Below, in pieces: positions 48,614 to 57,789 of a DNA stretch of 64,000 nt. Source of the DNA: Clostridiales bacterium (lineage in GTDB: Bacteria > Bacillota > Clostridia > Peptostreptococcales > NVVX01); the NCBI GenBank assembly GCA_021129775.1, contig JAJOKP010000094.1, positions 4,066 through 68,065 on the forward strand, in the 5' to 3' direction. The notes beneath the pieces were generated by a model, which saw nothing but the letters and a program-made list of their open reading frames with translations, did no database searches and had not been told where the DNA came from. A program made the position numbers and the translations under genes. Each line of letters opens with the position of its first letter. Within the stretch, counting starts at the first letter, position 1.

Positions 48614-48856
48614 ATGCGTACTAAAATTCAGAAATGGGGAAACTCCCATGGTGTTAGAATTCCAATAACTCTTTTAAGGCGCACAGAGATAAAAGAAAAT
48701 GATATTATTGACATAAAAGTTGAAGGAGGAGATATAATTATTTCGGCAGTTAAAAAACGAAAGACACTTAAAGAGAGAATTAAAAACTATGAAAATGACT
48801 ATAAATGTGCCGAGTGGGATACAGGAGAGGCTAGAGGGGAAGAGGTTTTCGAATGA
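48614..48856 (+). CDS. mazE: AbrB/SpoVT-fold antitoxin MazE/PemI-type
   Basis: RTKIQKWGNSHGVRIP signature. Overlaps the toxin start by 4 nt. Confidence 0.8.
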   Translation: MRTKIQKWGNSHGVRIPITLLRRTEIKENDIIDIKVEGGDIIISAVKKRKTLKERIKNYENDYKCAEWDTGEARGEEVFE

Positions 48857-49197
48857 AATACACGCCAAAACATGGAGATATTGTATTTTTAGAATTTGAT
48901 CCGCAGGCAGGTCATGAGCAAAAAAGTAAGCGACCTGCCTTAATTGTGAGTAATAATACTTATAATCAATTTACTAATATGTCAATAGTTTGTCCTATTA
49001 TGAGCAATGTCAAAAAATTTCCTTTACACGTAAAGCTAGACGAAAGAACTAAAACAATGGGAGTTATAATGTGTGAACAAGTAAAAGCGTTAGATGTGAA
49101 AGCTAGAAAAGCAGAGTTTTACGAAAAATTACCGAACGATATTTTAGAAGAAGTGCTAGAGATTATACTAAGTTTTATTGAGGTTGAAAGGGCTTGA
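48853..49197 (+). CDS. mazF: MazF/PemK-family endoribonuclease toxin (second MazF in the window)
   Basis: PKHGDIVFLEFDPQAGHEQKSKRPALIVS...CPIMS...MCEQVKALD is collinear with the E. coli MazF/ChpB pattern. Confidence 0.85.
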   Translation: MKYTPKHGDIVFLEFDPQAGHEQKSKRPALIVSNNTYNQFTNMSIVCPIMSNVKKFPLHVKLDERTKTMGVIMCEQVKALDVKARKAEFYEKLPNDILEEVLEIILSFIEVERA

Positions 49198-49248
49198 TTG
49201 TTTTGGTAGCGAGAACAGTTTACGAACATATTGTAGGAAAAACTAGTA

Positions 49249-49311
49249 TTGATTATTATCATCGGATGCAATATAATAGACATATGTTCAGTGGGATGAA
49301 CACATGTCTAT
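49249..49311 (+). promoter_or_regulatory. Promoter TTGATT-17-TATAAT followed by a 15-bp inverted repeat operator candidate
   Basis: Hexamers at 49249-49254 and 49272-49277. IR is atagacatatgttca (49276-49290) / tgaacacatgtctat (49297-49311) with 1 mismatch and a 6-nt spacer. Confidence 0.45.
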
Positions 49312-49350
49312 CATATTAAACATAGTTTATTAGAAAAGGAGCTGAAGACC

Positions 49351-49893
49351 TTGAGAGAAGATTTGTATAACAAGATAGCGTTACAAATTTTTTCCTATCT
49401 AACAATGCAACCAGAAAAGACTAAGTGTACGGTCACAGGGATTTCAAAGACACTAAAAGTTAGTAAAGGCAGCGTTTCCAACGCTTTGACGAAATACAGC
49501 GATTTAGGGATGATATTTAAGACGAATGTTGGTAAATCCGTTATTCATGAAGTAAACATGGATAATCCTATTAATAGTCAATTTCGAAAGTTTGATAATT
49601 TATTAAAACTACAACCTTTGATTAATGTAATCAAAAATAAAGCTAATAGGATAATTCTATTTGGAAGTTGTGCGAGTGGAACAGATAAAATAAATAGTGA
49701 TATCGATTTATTTGTTTTAGTTGACAATGAATTTAGGGCGGAAATCGAAAAAAAAATATATAGTTATGAAATCGATAGAAAAATAAACCCAGTAATTGTA
49801 GACGAATTTGAGCTTATAGACTTAGAAACAGAAGACAAGGCATTTTATAAGGAAATAAGTAAAGGGATTGAAATATGGGGAGGAGAAATTTAA
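49351..49893 (+). CDS. wHTH-fused minimal nucleotidyltransferase (MNT-type antitoxin)
   Basis: N-terminal wHTH-like region (ISKTLKVSKGSVSNAL) plus NTase motif LFGSCASGTDKINSDIDLFVLVD. TTG start behind AAGGAG. Confidence 0.75.
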   Translation: MREDLYNKIALQIFSYLTMQPEKTKCTVTGISKTLKVSKGSVSNALTKYSDLGMIFKTNVGKSVIHEVNMDNPINSQFRKFDNLLKLQPLINVIKNKANRIILFGSCASGTDKINSDIDLFVLVDNEFRAEIEKKIYSYEIDRKINPVIVDEFELIDLETEDKAFYKEISKGIEIWGGEI

Positions 49894-50306
49894 TGTTAGA
49901 TGATTTAATTAATAGAGGTAAAATTAAGAAGGTAAGTATATCAGAAGAAATGTATTTGAAAGAATTCAGCGTAGGAATGAAAGACTTAAATACTGCAGTT
50001 GAGACTTTCGAATTTGGAAATTATAAGTGGGCGACGATTCAAGCTTATTATGCCATTTTTCATGGTGTAAGAGCTATGCTATTTAAAGCTGGTTATAGGG
50101 AAGAAAGTCATGCAGCATTAAAAAAGGCTTTTGACGAAATTTATGTAAAAACGGATAGAATTGATGCTATTGTTCTAGAAACTCTTAGAAGGGGAATGAA
50201 CTTAAGGGAAATGGCAGATTACAAAGATAAATACTCAAAAAGTGGGGCAGAAAATTTACTGAAAAATGTTGAAATATCTATGAAGAAATTAAAAGATTTG
50301 CTTTAG
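49893..50306 (+). CDS. HEPN-domain protein (toxin partner of MNT)
   Basis: ATG overlaps the MNT stop (TAATG). All-helical ~137 aa with AYYAIFHGVRAML and LREMADY blocks typical of MNT-associated HEPN. Confidence 0.7.
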   Translation: MLDDLINRGKIKKVSISEEMYLKEFSVGMKDLNTAVETFEFGNYKWATIQAYYAIFHGVRAMLFKAGYREESHAALKKAFDEIYVKTDRIDAIVLETLRRGMNLREMADYKDKYSKSGAENLLKNVEISMKKLKDLL

Positions 50307-50485
50307 GGAAAAGATTAGAGAGTAGCATCTCGTTTTATATAAGCTGTTTGCAACTGATAACGCTTATAGTAAAATGAACATATAGTAATTATAGACTAAT
50401 TTAAGCCTATAGACTTAGAAATCACATAAAAGCATAACATGAGTAAACAAGTAAAGTTTTTGCAGTGAGGAGGAGTAAGAGCATC

Positions 50486-50998
50486 ATGAGTACTTTATTA
50501 CAAGTTAACAAACTAACAAAAAAATATGGAAAAACAGTGGCAGCTAGGGAAGTCACTTTTGGTGTTGAAACGAGTGAAGTGGTCGGTTTGATTGGGTTAA
50601 ATGGAGCAGGTAAAACTACTTGTATCAAGAGCATTTTAGGACTTCTTAAAGTAGATTCAGGCGAGATTATTCTAGAAGGTGTAGCTTCTGCAAATAGAAA
50701 AGAACTGGCTTCAAAAGTTGCGTACATATCTGATGAACCTGTTTACTTTGAAGACCTTACTGTGAGTGAGCATATTACATTCTCAGGCATGCTTCATTCA
50801 ATAGAGAAAAATGAATTAATACAAAGAAAAGAGAGAGCAATGGAAATGTTTAAATTAGATGAGCATATTGATAAGTTGCCGATGGACTTTCGAAAGGACT
50901 AAAACAAAAATTAATAATAGCATGTTCTGTTGTTAGAAATTTTGATATACTAATTGCAGATGAACCATTTTCAGGTCTTGACCCAGACTCAATTAAGG
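50486..50998 (+). pseudogene. ABC ATPase gene, frameshifted (~50880) and 3-prime truncated just after the D-loop
   Basis: Walker A GLNGAGKTT is in frame 1. LSKGLKQKL...ILIADEPFSGLDP continues in another frame and ends at the junction with an inverted cyclase fragment. Confidence 0.7.
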
Positions 50999-51210
50999 AC
51001 TCCCAAACTCCGTCAGAGTGCGTACACCATGCCCGCTAATTAATAAACTTCTTGCAGAAAAACCTAGTTTTTTGCTCCCTGTCATTTTCATGTTTTCTTC
51101 ATGCGTCATATTAGTCATAATAAATGTCTTTTGATGCATAGGAAATACCGACATTCCCTCGAAAATCTCTTGAGACAAATCAATTAATTGCATACCCATA
51201 ATATCACTCC
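50999..51210 (-). pseudogene. Duplicated 5-prime fragment (RBS + first ~65 codons) of the cyclase gene at 54741-55433
   Basis: 212 nt is ~90% identical by eye to 55232-55444. Encodes MGMQLIDLSQEIFEGMSVFPMHQKTFIMTNMTHEENMKMTGSKKLGFSAR, then diverges. Confidence 0.75.
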
Positions 51211-51396
51211 CAGAAATCGATTGTAAATTGGAAACTCTAAATAATCCTATATAGTAGTATACAACAAAAAAATGAAAAATCCTTTATTGGGTATAAAAAA
51301 AGCAAAAAAATTCTTTGCAAGAGTATTATAAAAATACGTCGCCTTGATTTACTCATGGTACTTTAGTAACAGTATGAAAAAGGTAATTAGAATAAA

Positions 51397-52611
51397 TCAA
51401 AAGAGTTTTCTAGTTTTTCTATTAAAGCCAAATTTGCCACTCCTTTTTTGTTCGTAAATAGCTACAGTCGCAATAACTAATAGTATTGCAAGCCCTGCAA
51501 TTAGCAGCCTGTTCATCATAATACTATTAAAATTTTCTGTAATTAATGCTCCATCACGCATTGTATTGTGACGAATTAGAAATCCCAATATAGGGTATTC
51601 ACCACTAAGATCTATGGTACTTATATTTAAAAACCATAAAAACAATACTATTGCAATCGCTATAGCTCTACCTGTAACTGTTGTTATGAATACGCCTATA
51701 GCTGTAACAAGCATAAGTGTAGGTAGTATCCACCAAATAGTATATTTGAAGAAAGCGAATAAGTCGATGTTTACGTTCTCAATATTTGCAAAAGAAATAA
51801 AAGTAATAGTTTCTCTAAAGCTGAGTAGAAGTACAGGAAGTATCATCATAAAAACAAGAGAGAAATACCTTGTAAAAATAAGCTTTAAGGATGAAGTTTT
51901 TCTAGAGAAAACAAGTTCTAGCATTTTGGTTTTCTTATCTTTGAGTGACATTAATACGGCTACAAATACAGGAAATATACACATAACAATACCTAGGTAG
52001 TCAGCAGATAATCTGGCATATGCATTAGTGAATTTATCTTCGCTAACTATGTATTTGTATGCTAAAATTGCTTCCTCGTAAGTAATAGGTACAATAGTAA
52101 ACCTTTCGATTCTTTCAGCTCCATAGGTGGAAGCGCCTCCTATTATTGTATCAACTGTATCCATTAATATGAGAAACTGATTTAAATCTAGTGTTTCGTT
52201 AACAGGAAGAGCGTCAAAATCATCTGCTGAGCGTAAAGATATTAGTTCTTCAACAGTTTTACCTGTTATTTTTCTAAAGACTTTAGCAATCTCAGCATTT
52301 TCATCTGTATCTAACTTAACTGCCCTGTAAAATCCTAGAGGGAATGTAGCAAATGAATTAGTTCTATGTTCTGTTAATAATCTTTTAGCAGCTGCAGGAA
52401 TCATATCTAATGATGGTTCGGATCTTCGTCTCCCAAAAGGGGCACCTGTCTTGCACGTGTCAGTATATTCAGGTGGAGCAAATAAAATACCTAAATCTTC
52501 AGCACTAGCTATTCCCATTTGAGAAGCATAAAATAATATAACAACTACTATGAAAATATAGTAGATATAACTCTTTAATATATTTCTGCACTCCTTAAGA
52601 AACAAAGCCAT
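51397..52611 (-). CDS. ABC-2-type permease (large extracytoplasmic domain)
   Basis: 404 aa, 1 TM plus a ~190-aa loop plus 5 TM. ATG abuts the stop of the upstream ATPase gene. Confidence 0.6.
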   Translation of the reverse strand: MALFLKECRNILKSYIYYIFIVVVILFYASQMGIASAEDLGILFAPPEYTDTCKTGAPFGRRRSEPSLDMIPAAAKRLLTEHRTNSFATFPLGFYRAVKLDTDENAEIAKVFRKITGKTVEELISLRSADDFDALPVNETLDLNQFLILMDTVDTIIGGASTYGAERIERFTIVPITYEEAILAYKYIVSEDKFTNAYARLSADYLGIVMCIFPVFVAVLMSLKDKKTKMLELVFSRKTSSLKLIFTRYFSLVFMMILPVLLLSFRETITFISFANIENVNIDLFAFFKYTIWWILPTLMLVTAIGVFITTVTGRAIAIAIVLFLWFLNISTIDLSGEYPILGFLIRHNTMRDGALITENFNSIMMNRLLIAGLAILLVIATVAIYEQKRSGKFGFNRKTRKLF

Positions 52612-53471
52612 TTATTTACCTCCTACAAGCAAAATATAACCATCTTCTATAGTAGGTGCACAAGGAGAAACTTGTGCGTTTGGTTTATTATCTGTTAAAA
52701 CTCTAAGAGTTACATTATTACCACTAGAAATGATCGAAGCGACTGCATACTTATCTTTTAACTCATTTAATTCACTTTTTGGTGCACTGAGAGTGTAAAC
52801 TTTGTTACTAGCTAGGGATTTAAGGTTTGCTGCTGTCCCCTTATAAATTATTTTGCCTTGCTCTAAAATCGCTAAGTTTTCGCAAGTTGTCTCGATATCT
52901 CCAGTGATATGGGTTGATAGTATAACAATTCTATCTTTAGCAATTTGAGATAGTAAATTTCAAACCGAATGCGTTCCTCAGGGTCTAGTCTTGCCGTTGG
53001 TTCATCTACAATTAGAACCTTAGGATCATTCATTATTGCTTGCGCTATGCCTAAGCGCCGTATCATACCGCCTGAAAGTGTTTTAACTCGAAGCTTTTGA
53101 GAATCAAATAAACTAACTGTATCTAAGAGTTTTATAATATTACTTTTTCGATTTTCTCTGCTTATTTCAGAGAGTACAGCTAGGTAATCCATAGCTTCAT
53201 AAACTGTCATGTTTGGATACATAGAAAAAGTCTGCGGCAAATAGCCGACTATTTCACGAATTTGTTTAGTTTTTTCAACTGGAATTCCAAGCAGTCGCAC
53301 ATCGCCGCTATTTTTTGTTAAAAGTGTGGCAAGTATGCGCATTAATGTTGTCTTGCCTGCTCCATTTCTACCTAACAAACCAAACATACCATTGGGTATT
53401 TCAATACTAACGTTATCAAGTGCTGTTTTTGAACCAAATGTTTTAGTAAGATGAGATATTGTGATTCCCAT
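52612..53471 (-). pseudogene. ABC ATPase with an apparent 1-nt frameshift near 52960 (or a sequencing error)
   Basis: GRNGAGKTT...LSGGMIRRLGIAQA...LIVDEPTARLDPEERIRF is in one frame. NLLSQIAKDRIVILSTHITGDIE... through the stop at 52612-52614 is in another frame. Confidence 0.75.
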
Positions 53472-53742
53472 AATTTTTATCCTCCATTTTCTGAATCAAT
53501 CTACTTTCAATAAAGAAGACTATAAGTAATGTACTAATGCTTAAGGGGTAGATTAAATCTGCAATAAGCTCTGGATATGATAGAAGAAATGCAAAAACGA
53601 CTATCGTAAAAATAACTATGGCAATTGATTTTATAGTAAGGTTTTTATTAACTCGACGTATGCGTGCTTTTTCAAGTTCTTCGCGCTCCGTGACATCTAC
53701 TAGATGCCACATCTCATTTAAAAATGTTCTATCGCATTTCAT
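53443..53742 (-). CDS. Small membrane protein (99 aa), translationally coupled between two ABC ATPase genes
   Basis: Overlaps both neighbours. Two predicted TM helices. No family recognised. Confidence 0.4.
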   Translation of the reverse strand: MKCDRTFLNEMWHLVDVTEREELEKARIRRVNKNLTIKSIAIVIFTIVVFAFLLSYPELIADLIYPLSISTLLIVFFIESRLIQKMEDKNYGNHNISSY

Positions 53743-54415
53743 GTGCTATATCTCCTCTTGTTACAATACCATCAGTTATACAGTATTTTTTCTCAGCTCT
53801 TTTTGCAATTGAATTCTCATGTGTTATTATGATTAGCGTTTTTTTGAACATTCGATTTATGTTAATTAGCAAATCAATAACCTCTTTGCTATTTGTACTG
53901 TCAAGATTTCCTGTAGGTTCATCTGCAAATATAACATTAGGCTTAGCAACAAGGGCACGAGCAATTGCTACTCTTTGTTGTTGTCCTCCTGATAATTCAC
54001 TTGGTAAGTGATTAAGTCTGTCATCCAACCCTAACAATTCAACAATACTTTTAAAAAATTCCTCATCGACTGTTTTTTTATCAAGCAATAAAGGCATTAC
54101 AATATTTTCTTTTGCTGTTAAAATAGGAAGAAGATTGATTTGTTGAAATATAAATCCGATACTGTTTCTCCCTAAGACTGATATTTCTTTATCTGAGTAT
54201 TCGTAGATGTTCTTGTCATTATACATAACTGAGCCTTTTGTCGGCATGTCAAGCCCACTCAACAAATGTAGCAAGGTACTTTTCCCACTTCCAGATTCTC
54301 CTGTAATTGAAACGAATTCGCCTTGTTTTATAGTGATATTCGCATTGTTCAATGCAATTACTTTGTTCGTCTCTGAACCATAGAATTTTGTCAAGTTTAG
54401 CGTTTTAATTTGCAT
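53729..54415 (-). CDS. MacB/LolD/BceA-type ABC ATPase lacking an adjacent FtsX-type permease
   Basis: [53 protein letters not shown]. Confidence 0.85.
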   Translation of the reverse strand: MQIKTLNLTKFYGSETNKVIALNNANITIKQGEFVSITGESGSGKSTLLHLLSGLDMPTKGSVMYNDKNIYEYSDKEISVLGRNSIGFIFQQINLLPILTAKENIVMPLLLDKKTVDEEFFKSIVELLGLDDRLNHLPSELSGGQQQRVAIARALVAKPNVIFADEPTGNLDSTNSKEVIDLLININRMFKKTLIIITHENSIAKRAEKKYCITDGIVTRGDIAHEMR

Positions 54416-54668
54416 TTTTGTTCACCCTCATCTCTATACAACCCCTTAGAGTCCCCGAGCATGTTCTTTCAAGGTCTTAAAATAACACGGCTATTTTTTT
54501 CTAGAAAAGAATCCCTCAATGCTCAGCCACGGTTCAACGGGTTCAATTTTGTCTTCCTATTTTTGACGTATTTTGTTAATTTCATAAAGCAAGATTCTCT
54601 TCTCGTTTTTTCATAGAACTTATTACACCACCCCAAAAACATATTATTGCATCTCAAAAGCTAATACG

Positions 54669-54700
54669 AAAAAACCTTGGTAGAGTTACACTAACCAAGG
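54669..54700 (-). terminator. Rho-independent terminator after the cyclase gene
   Basis: On the - strand: ccttggttag-tgtaac-tctaccaagg followed by T6. Confidence 0.75.
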
Positions 54701-54740
54701 CATGATTTTTGTTCATTTGTCTAATAAAATTAAGGTATAC

Positions 54741-55433
54741 TCAATCCTCAATCAAAGCAACTGCTCTAATTGGTGATCCACTTCCGTCTCTTATTTTAAG
54801 AGGAAGACCAAAATATAAAAATCTTTTATTTACCACCTTATCAAGATTGCATAGATTTTCTGTGTTTGTAATATTATACTCACCGCAGATTAAATGACCT
54901 GAAAAATCAATGTCCTTTGGATGATCAATTGCAGGCGCATCTGCACCAATATTAACAACTCCTTTTTCAGCGAGCCATTTTGCTGCACTATAACTTAAAC
55001 CAGAATACTCTGTTTGCCACTTATCGGTATCAAAGTTCTTATCATAGTGTGCAGTGTACATAAGCACAATATCGTCTTTTCTAATTTCTTGCCCAGATTT
55101 TTTTACCGCAGTTTCTAAATCACGAATTTCAATGGACCTAGTGTGGGGAACGGAGGATAAATCAATGCAAATAGCACTACCCCAAAAGTACTCTAAAGGC
55201 ATATTATCAATAGTAGGACCATTAGGGTTGTACTCCCAAACTCCGTCAGAGTGTGTGCCACCATGTTCGCTAATTAACAAATTTCTTGCAGAAAAACCTA
55301 ACTTTTTGCTCCCTGTCATTTTCATATTTTCTTCGTGTGTCATATTAGTCATAATAAATGTTTTTTGGTGCATAGGAAATACTGACATTCCCTCGAAAAT
55401 CTCTTGTGACAAATCAATTAATTGCATACCCAC
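54741..55433 (-). CDS. Cyclase-family protein (kynurenine formamidase/arylformamidase-like, PF04199-type)
   Basis: 230 aa. HGGTHSD block resembles the HxGTHxD cyclase motif, but the following DxPxH part is not obvious. 31 nt downstream of the ProRS-like gene. Confidence 0.7.
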   Translation of the reverse strand: MGMQLIDLSQEIFEGMSVFPMHQKTFIMTNMTHEENMKMTGSKKLGFSARNLLISEHGGTHSDGVWEYNPNGPTIDNMPLEYFWGSAICIDLSSVPHTRSIEIRDLETAVKKSGQEIRKDDIVLMYTAHYDKNFDTDKWQTEYSGLSYSAAKWLAEKGVVNIGADAPAIDHPKDIDFSGHLICGEYNITNTENLCNLDKVVNKRFLYFGLPLKIRDGSGSPIRAVALIED

Positions 55434-55464
55434 AATATCACTCCTATCCTCTTGTCATCAACGT

Positions 55465-57066
55465 TTATACGGATTTTTTCACTTCTGTGAGTGCTTCTTC
55501 AACGCTAAGCTCCAGACGTTCTTTTGAGTTTCTATATTTCAACTCGACGATACCATCGCCAGCTAATTTTCCAGTAGTAATTCGCACAGGTATCCCTAAC
55601 AAGTCTGAATCTTTAAATTTTGAGCCAGTACTCCCTTTTCGGTCGTCTATTAGCACTTTAAACTCTTTAATCTCTAATTTCTTACTTAATTGTTTAGCTA
55701 ATTGCATTTGCTCTTCTTTCCTAATATTAGGCACAAGCACATGCACATCGAATACTGATGCATCTTTTTTAAGAACAAATCCATCATCATCCTTGTTATG
55801 GTCAAGATAGGTTGTCAAAAGGCGATACATGTCTATTGAGCCGAGTTCAACAATTGGGCGTTGCTCTTTCATTTGATTATCCTTGTATTTAATATCCATA
55901 TTTTCACTAAGTACTTTTTTATATGATGTTAATTCAACAACGACATAACCTTCTCTTGCTGTGATATTCCCACCACACTTACAGCAAATATCCCCTGAAA
56001 GTATATAAGAAAAATTACCGACATGATGCGCTTTATAGTCTCTACCGTACACAACATTTTTTAAATGATAATCTACTCTATTTGCACCTGTCACCATTGC
56101 TTGGCCTTTTGTTACCTCTTCATCAGCTAAGATAATTACATTTTTCAGCCCAATTGGTCCAGCAAAACCAACAGTCGTTCCTGCGGCGTTTAGCACATCT
56201 AAATCGTTTACTAAGTTGATCTCATGAGGTAGCACGCTAAAAAAGCGAGCAACTTTTTTAATATTTAACTCTCTATTTCCACTAAGAACTATCGCAACTG
56301 TCTTTAGTTTTCCATGCAAAGGCACTTGCACTAATAGTGTCTTTAAAAGAGTTTTCGCATTAATAGACATAAATCTTTCTAAATCAGCAATTGTCTTAAT
56401 ATTTGGGGTGTGTATTTCTTCGGGCGTTTCATCTGTTGTTGCTAGCACTTTGCCTATCATCCAACTAGCATTATGTTGGTCGCTGCAGTAGTCGCAAGTA
56501 TCACATTGATAAAAAACCTCATCACCATATTCGGATGGAACCCAGTACCCTTCCTTGCTTGTTTCTGTATTGCTACTAATCAGTAGGCTTTTCTCGAAGG
56601 AGATATTTAATTCTTGCCCAAATTCAAATAACTCTCTCCATAGAGCTGATTTTTTTTCCTGAAAATCTATATCACTATGACTGATTAATTGAAACCCTTT
56701 AATAGGAGTGGACTTGCTTTTTATAAGCCCTAATTTCACACTGTAATTGTGACGTCTTTTTAATCCATTGCTTTGAATGTACAGAGGCAAATCTTTATAA
56801 GAGACAATATCAGATCTTAATTGTGTTAACAATTCTTTCGCATCATAATTTAAGGTACTTACTTCTTGAAATGCGCTATGACTTAGCAAAGATGTCAATT
56901 TGTTCTCTATTATTTTATATAGAGCATAACCGTAGGGCATTAAAGTGTAATCTCCAATGCCATTTTTCTTCAACATTCCAGCTCTAAACATTAAGTGTTG
57001 AGTTTGCATTTTACCTTCGAAAGGCGACTGTCTTAACGTTTTAATATGTATATTTGATTGTTTCAT
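55465..57066 (-). CDS. Prolyl-tRNA synthetase paralog (bacterial type with INS domain), catalytic motifs degenerate
   Basis: End-to-end collinear with bacterial ProRS (N-terminus, INS block, anticodon-binding block). Motif 2, the GIEVGHIF block and motif 3 are unrecognisable, and ~30 aa around GPTHEE are absent. Intact ORF with a GGAGG RBS. Confidence 0.8.
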   Translation of the reverse strand: MKQSNIHIKTLRQSPFEGKMQTQHLMFRAGMLKKNGIGDYTLMPYGYALYKIIENKLTSLLSHSAFQEVSTLNYDAKELLTQLRSDIVSYKDLPLYIQSNGLKRRHNYSVKLGLIKSKSTPIKGFQLISHSDIDFQEKKSALWRELFEFGQELNISFEKSLLISSNTETSKEGYWVPSEYGDEVFYQCDTCDYCSDQHNASWMIGKVLATTDETPEEIHTPNIKTIADLERFMSINAKTLLKTLLVQVPLHGKLKTVAIVLSGNRELNIKKVARFFSVLPHEINLVNDLDVLNAAGTTVGFAGPIGLKNVIILADEEVTKGQAMVTGANRVDYHLKNVVYGRDYKAHHVGNFSYILSGDICCKCGGNITAREGYVVVELTSYKKVLSENMDIKYKDNQMKEQRPIVELGSIDMYRLLTTYLDHNKDDDGFVLKKDASVFDVHVLVPNIRKEEQMQLAKQLSKKLEIKEFKVLIDDRKGSTGSKFKDSDLLGIPVRITTGKLAGDGIVELKYRNSKERLELSVEEALTEVKKSV

Positions 57067-57138
57067 CGCTATCTTTATCCTCCTATTTAAAACTAATCTA
57101 CTATAAGTTTTTTAAAAAAAATTGTGAATATTTAATTA

Positions 57139-57167
57139 AGTATACACTAGATGCTTTTACAGCGCAA
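57139..57167 (-). promoter_or_regulatory. Promoter candidate TTGCGC-17-TATACT for the ProRS-like gene
   Basis: On the - strand: ttgcgc tgtaaaagcatctagtg tatact, about 70 nt upstream of the ATG. Confidence 0.4.
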
Positions 57168-57393
57168 ACTTATTCGTAAAATTCTAGCTCCGAAAACTGC
57201 CCTTTTTAATTAATAACTTAAGCAACAAAGAGTCTAGCGTTTAAAAAGCTATTGCAAAAAATACACACACAGCATATACTTAGATTAAAAGGAATGCTAA
57301 TGGGAACGAGATTTTTTTAACATAAATTTATGGGGAAGTGGAAAAAATGTTTTAGAAGAATTGTTAGCATTCTATAGGTTCTGTTGAAATTGA

Positions 57394-57789
57394 ATGGAAC
57401 TAAAAATGAATAGGAGGATTATTGTGTGGTTTACTGCTTCGCCTCATCCATGTGTTTCTACATTCAAACCAATCATTCTGCCTTTATCTGGAAAGGGGAA
57501 TTTGAGTTTTTCAGACTTAGATTTTGCGCTAAAACATAGTATAATACGAAGGAGTTTGTCAAAGAAAATTGTCGATAATTATGAATTTTTTATAGAAACT
57601 ATTAAGCCCTTGCGAGACAAATTAGAATCTGAATTCAATAGAATTATGTATGAGAACATCGAAAACAAAACTGAAGACGATTTGATTTTGAACTGTAAAG
57701 AGTGTTTGGAATTAGAAGAGGAATATGAAAAAAAAGTTATAAAAATGCTAAACCATTTTGAGTTCAAGGATAATAGATTAAAGAGGTAA
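57394..57789 (+). pseudogene. Possible 3-prime fragment of a larger gene (C69/secernin-like peptidase C-terminus?)
   Basis: ORF starts abruptly with ...IVWFTASPHPCVSTFKPIIL, which looks like an internal conserved block. No credible N-terminal domain lies upstream. Assignment is weak. Confidence 0.3.

Noticed and set aside
54523-54585. 20-codon basic peptide ORF (MKLTKYVKNRKTKLNPLNRG) and a 10-codon ORF upstream of the MacB-type ATPase (- strand)
   Set aside because: There is no convincing RBS, the ORFs are very short, and the composition is what AT-rich DNA yields by chance. They are not bacteriocin-like (no leader or Gly-Gly or Cys pattern).
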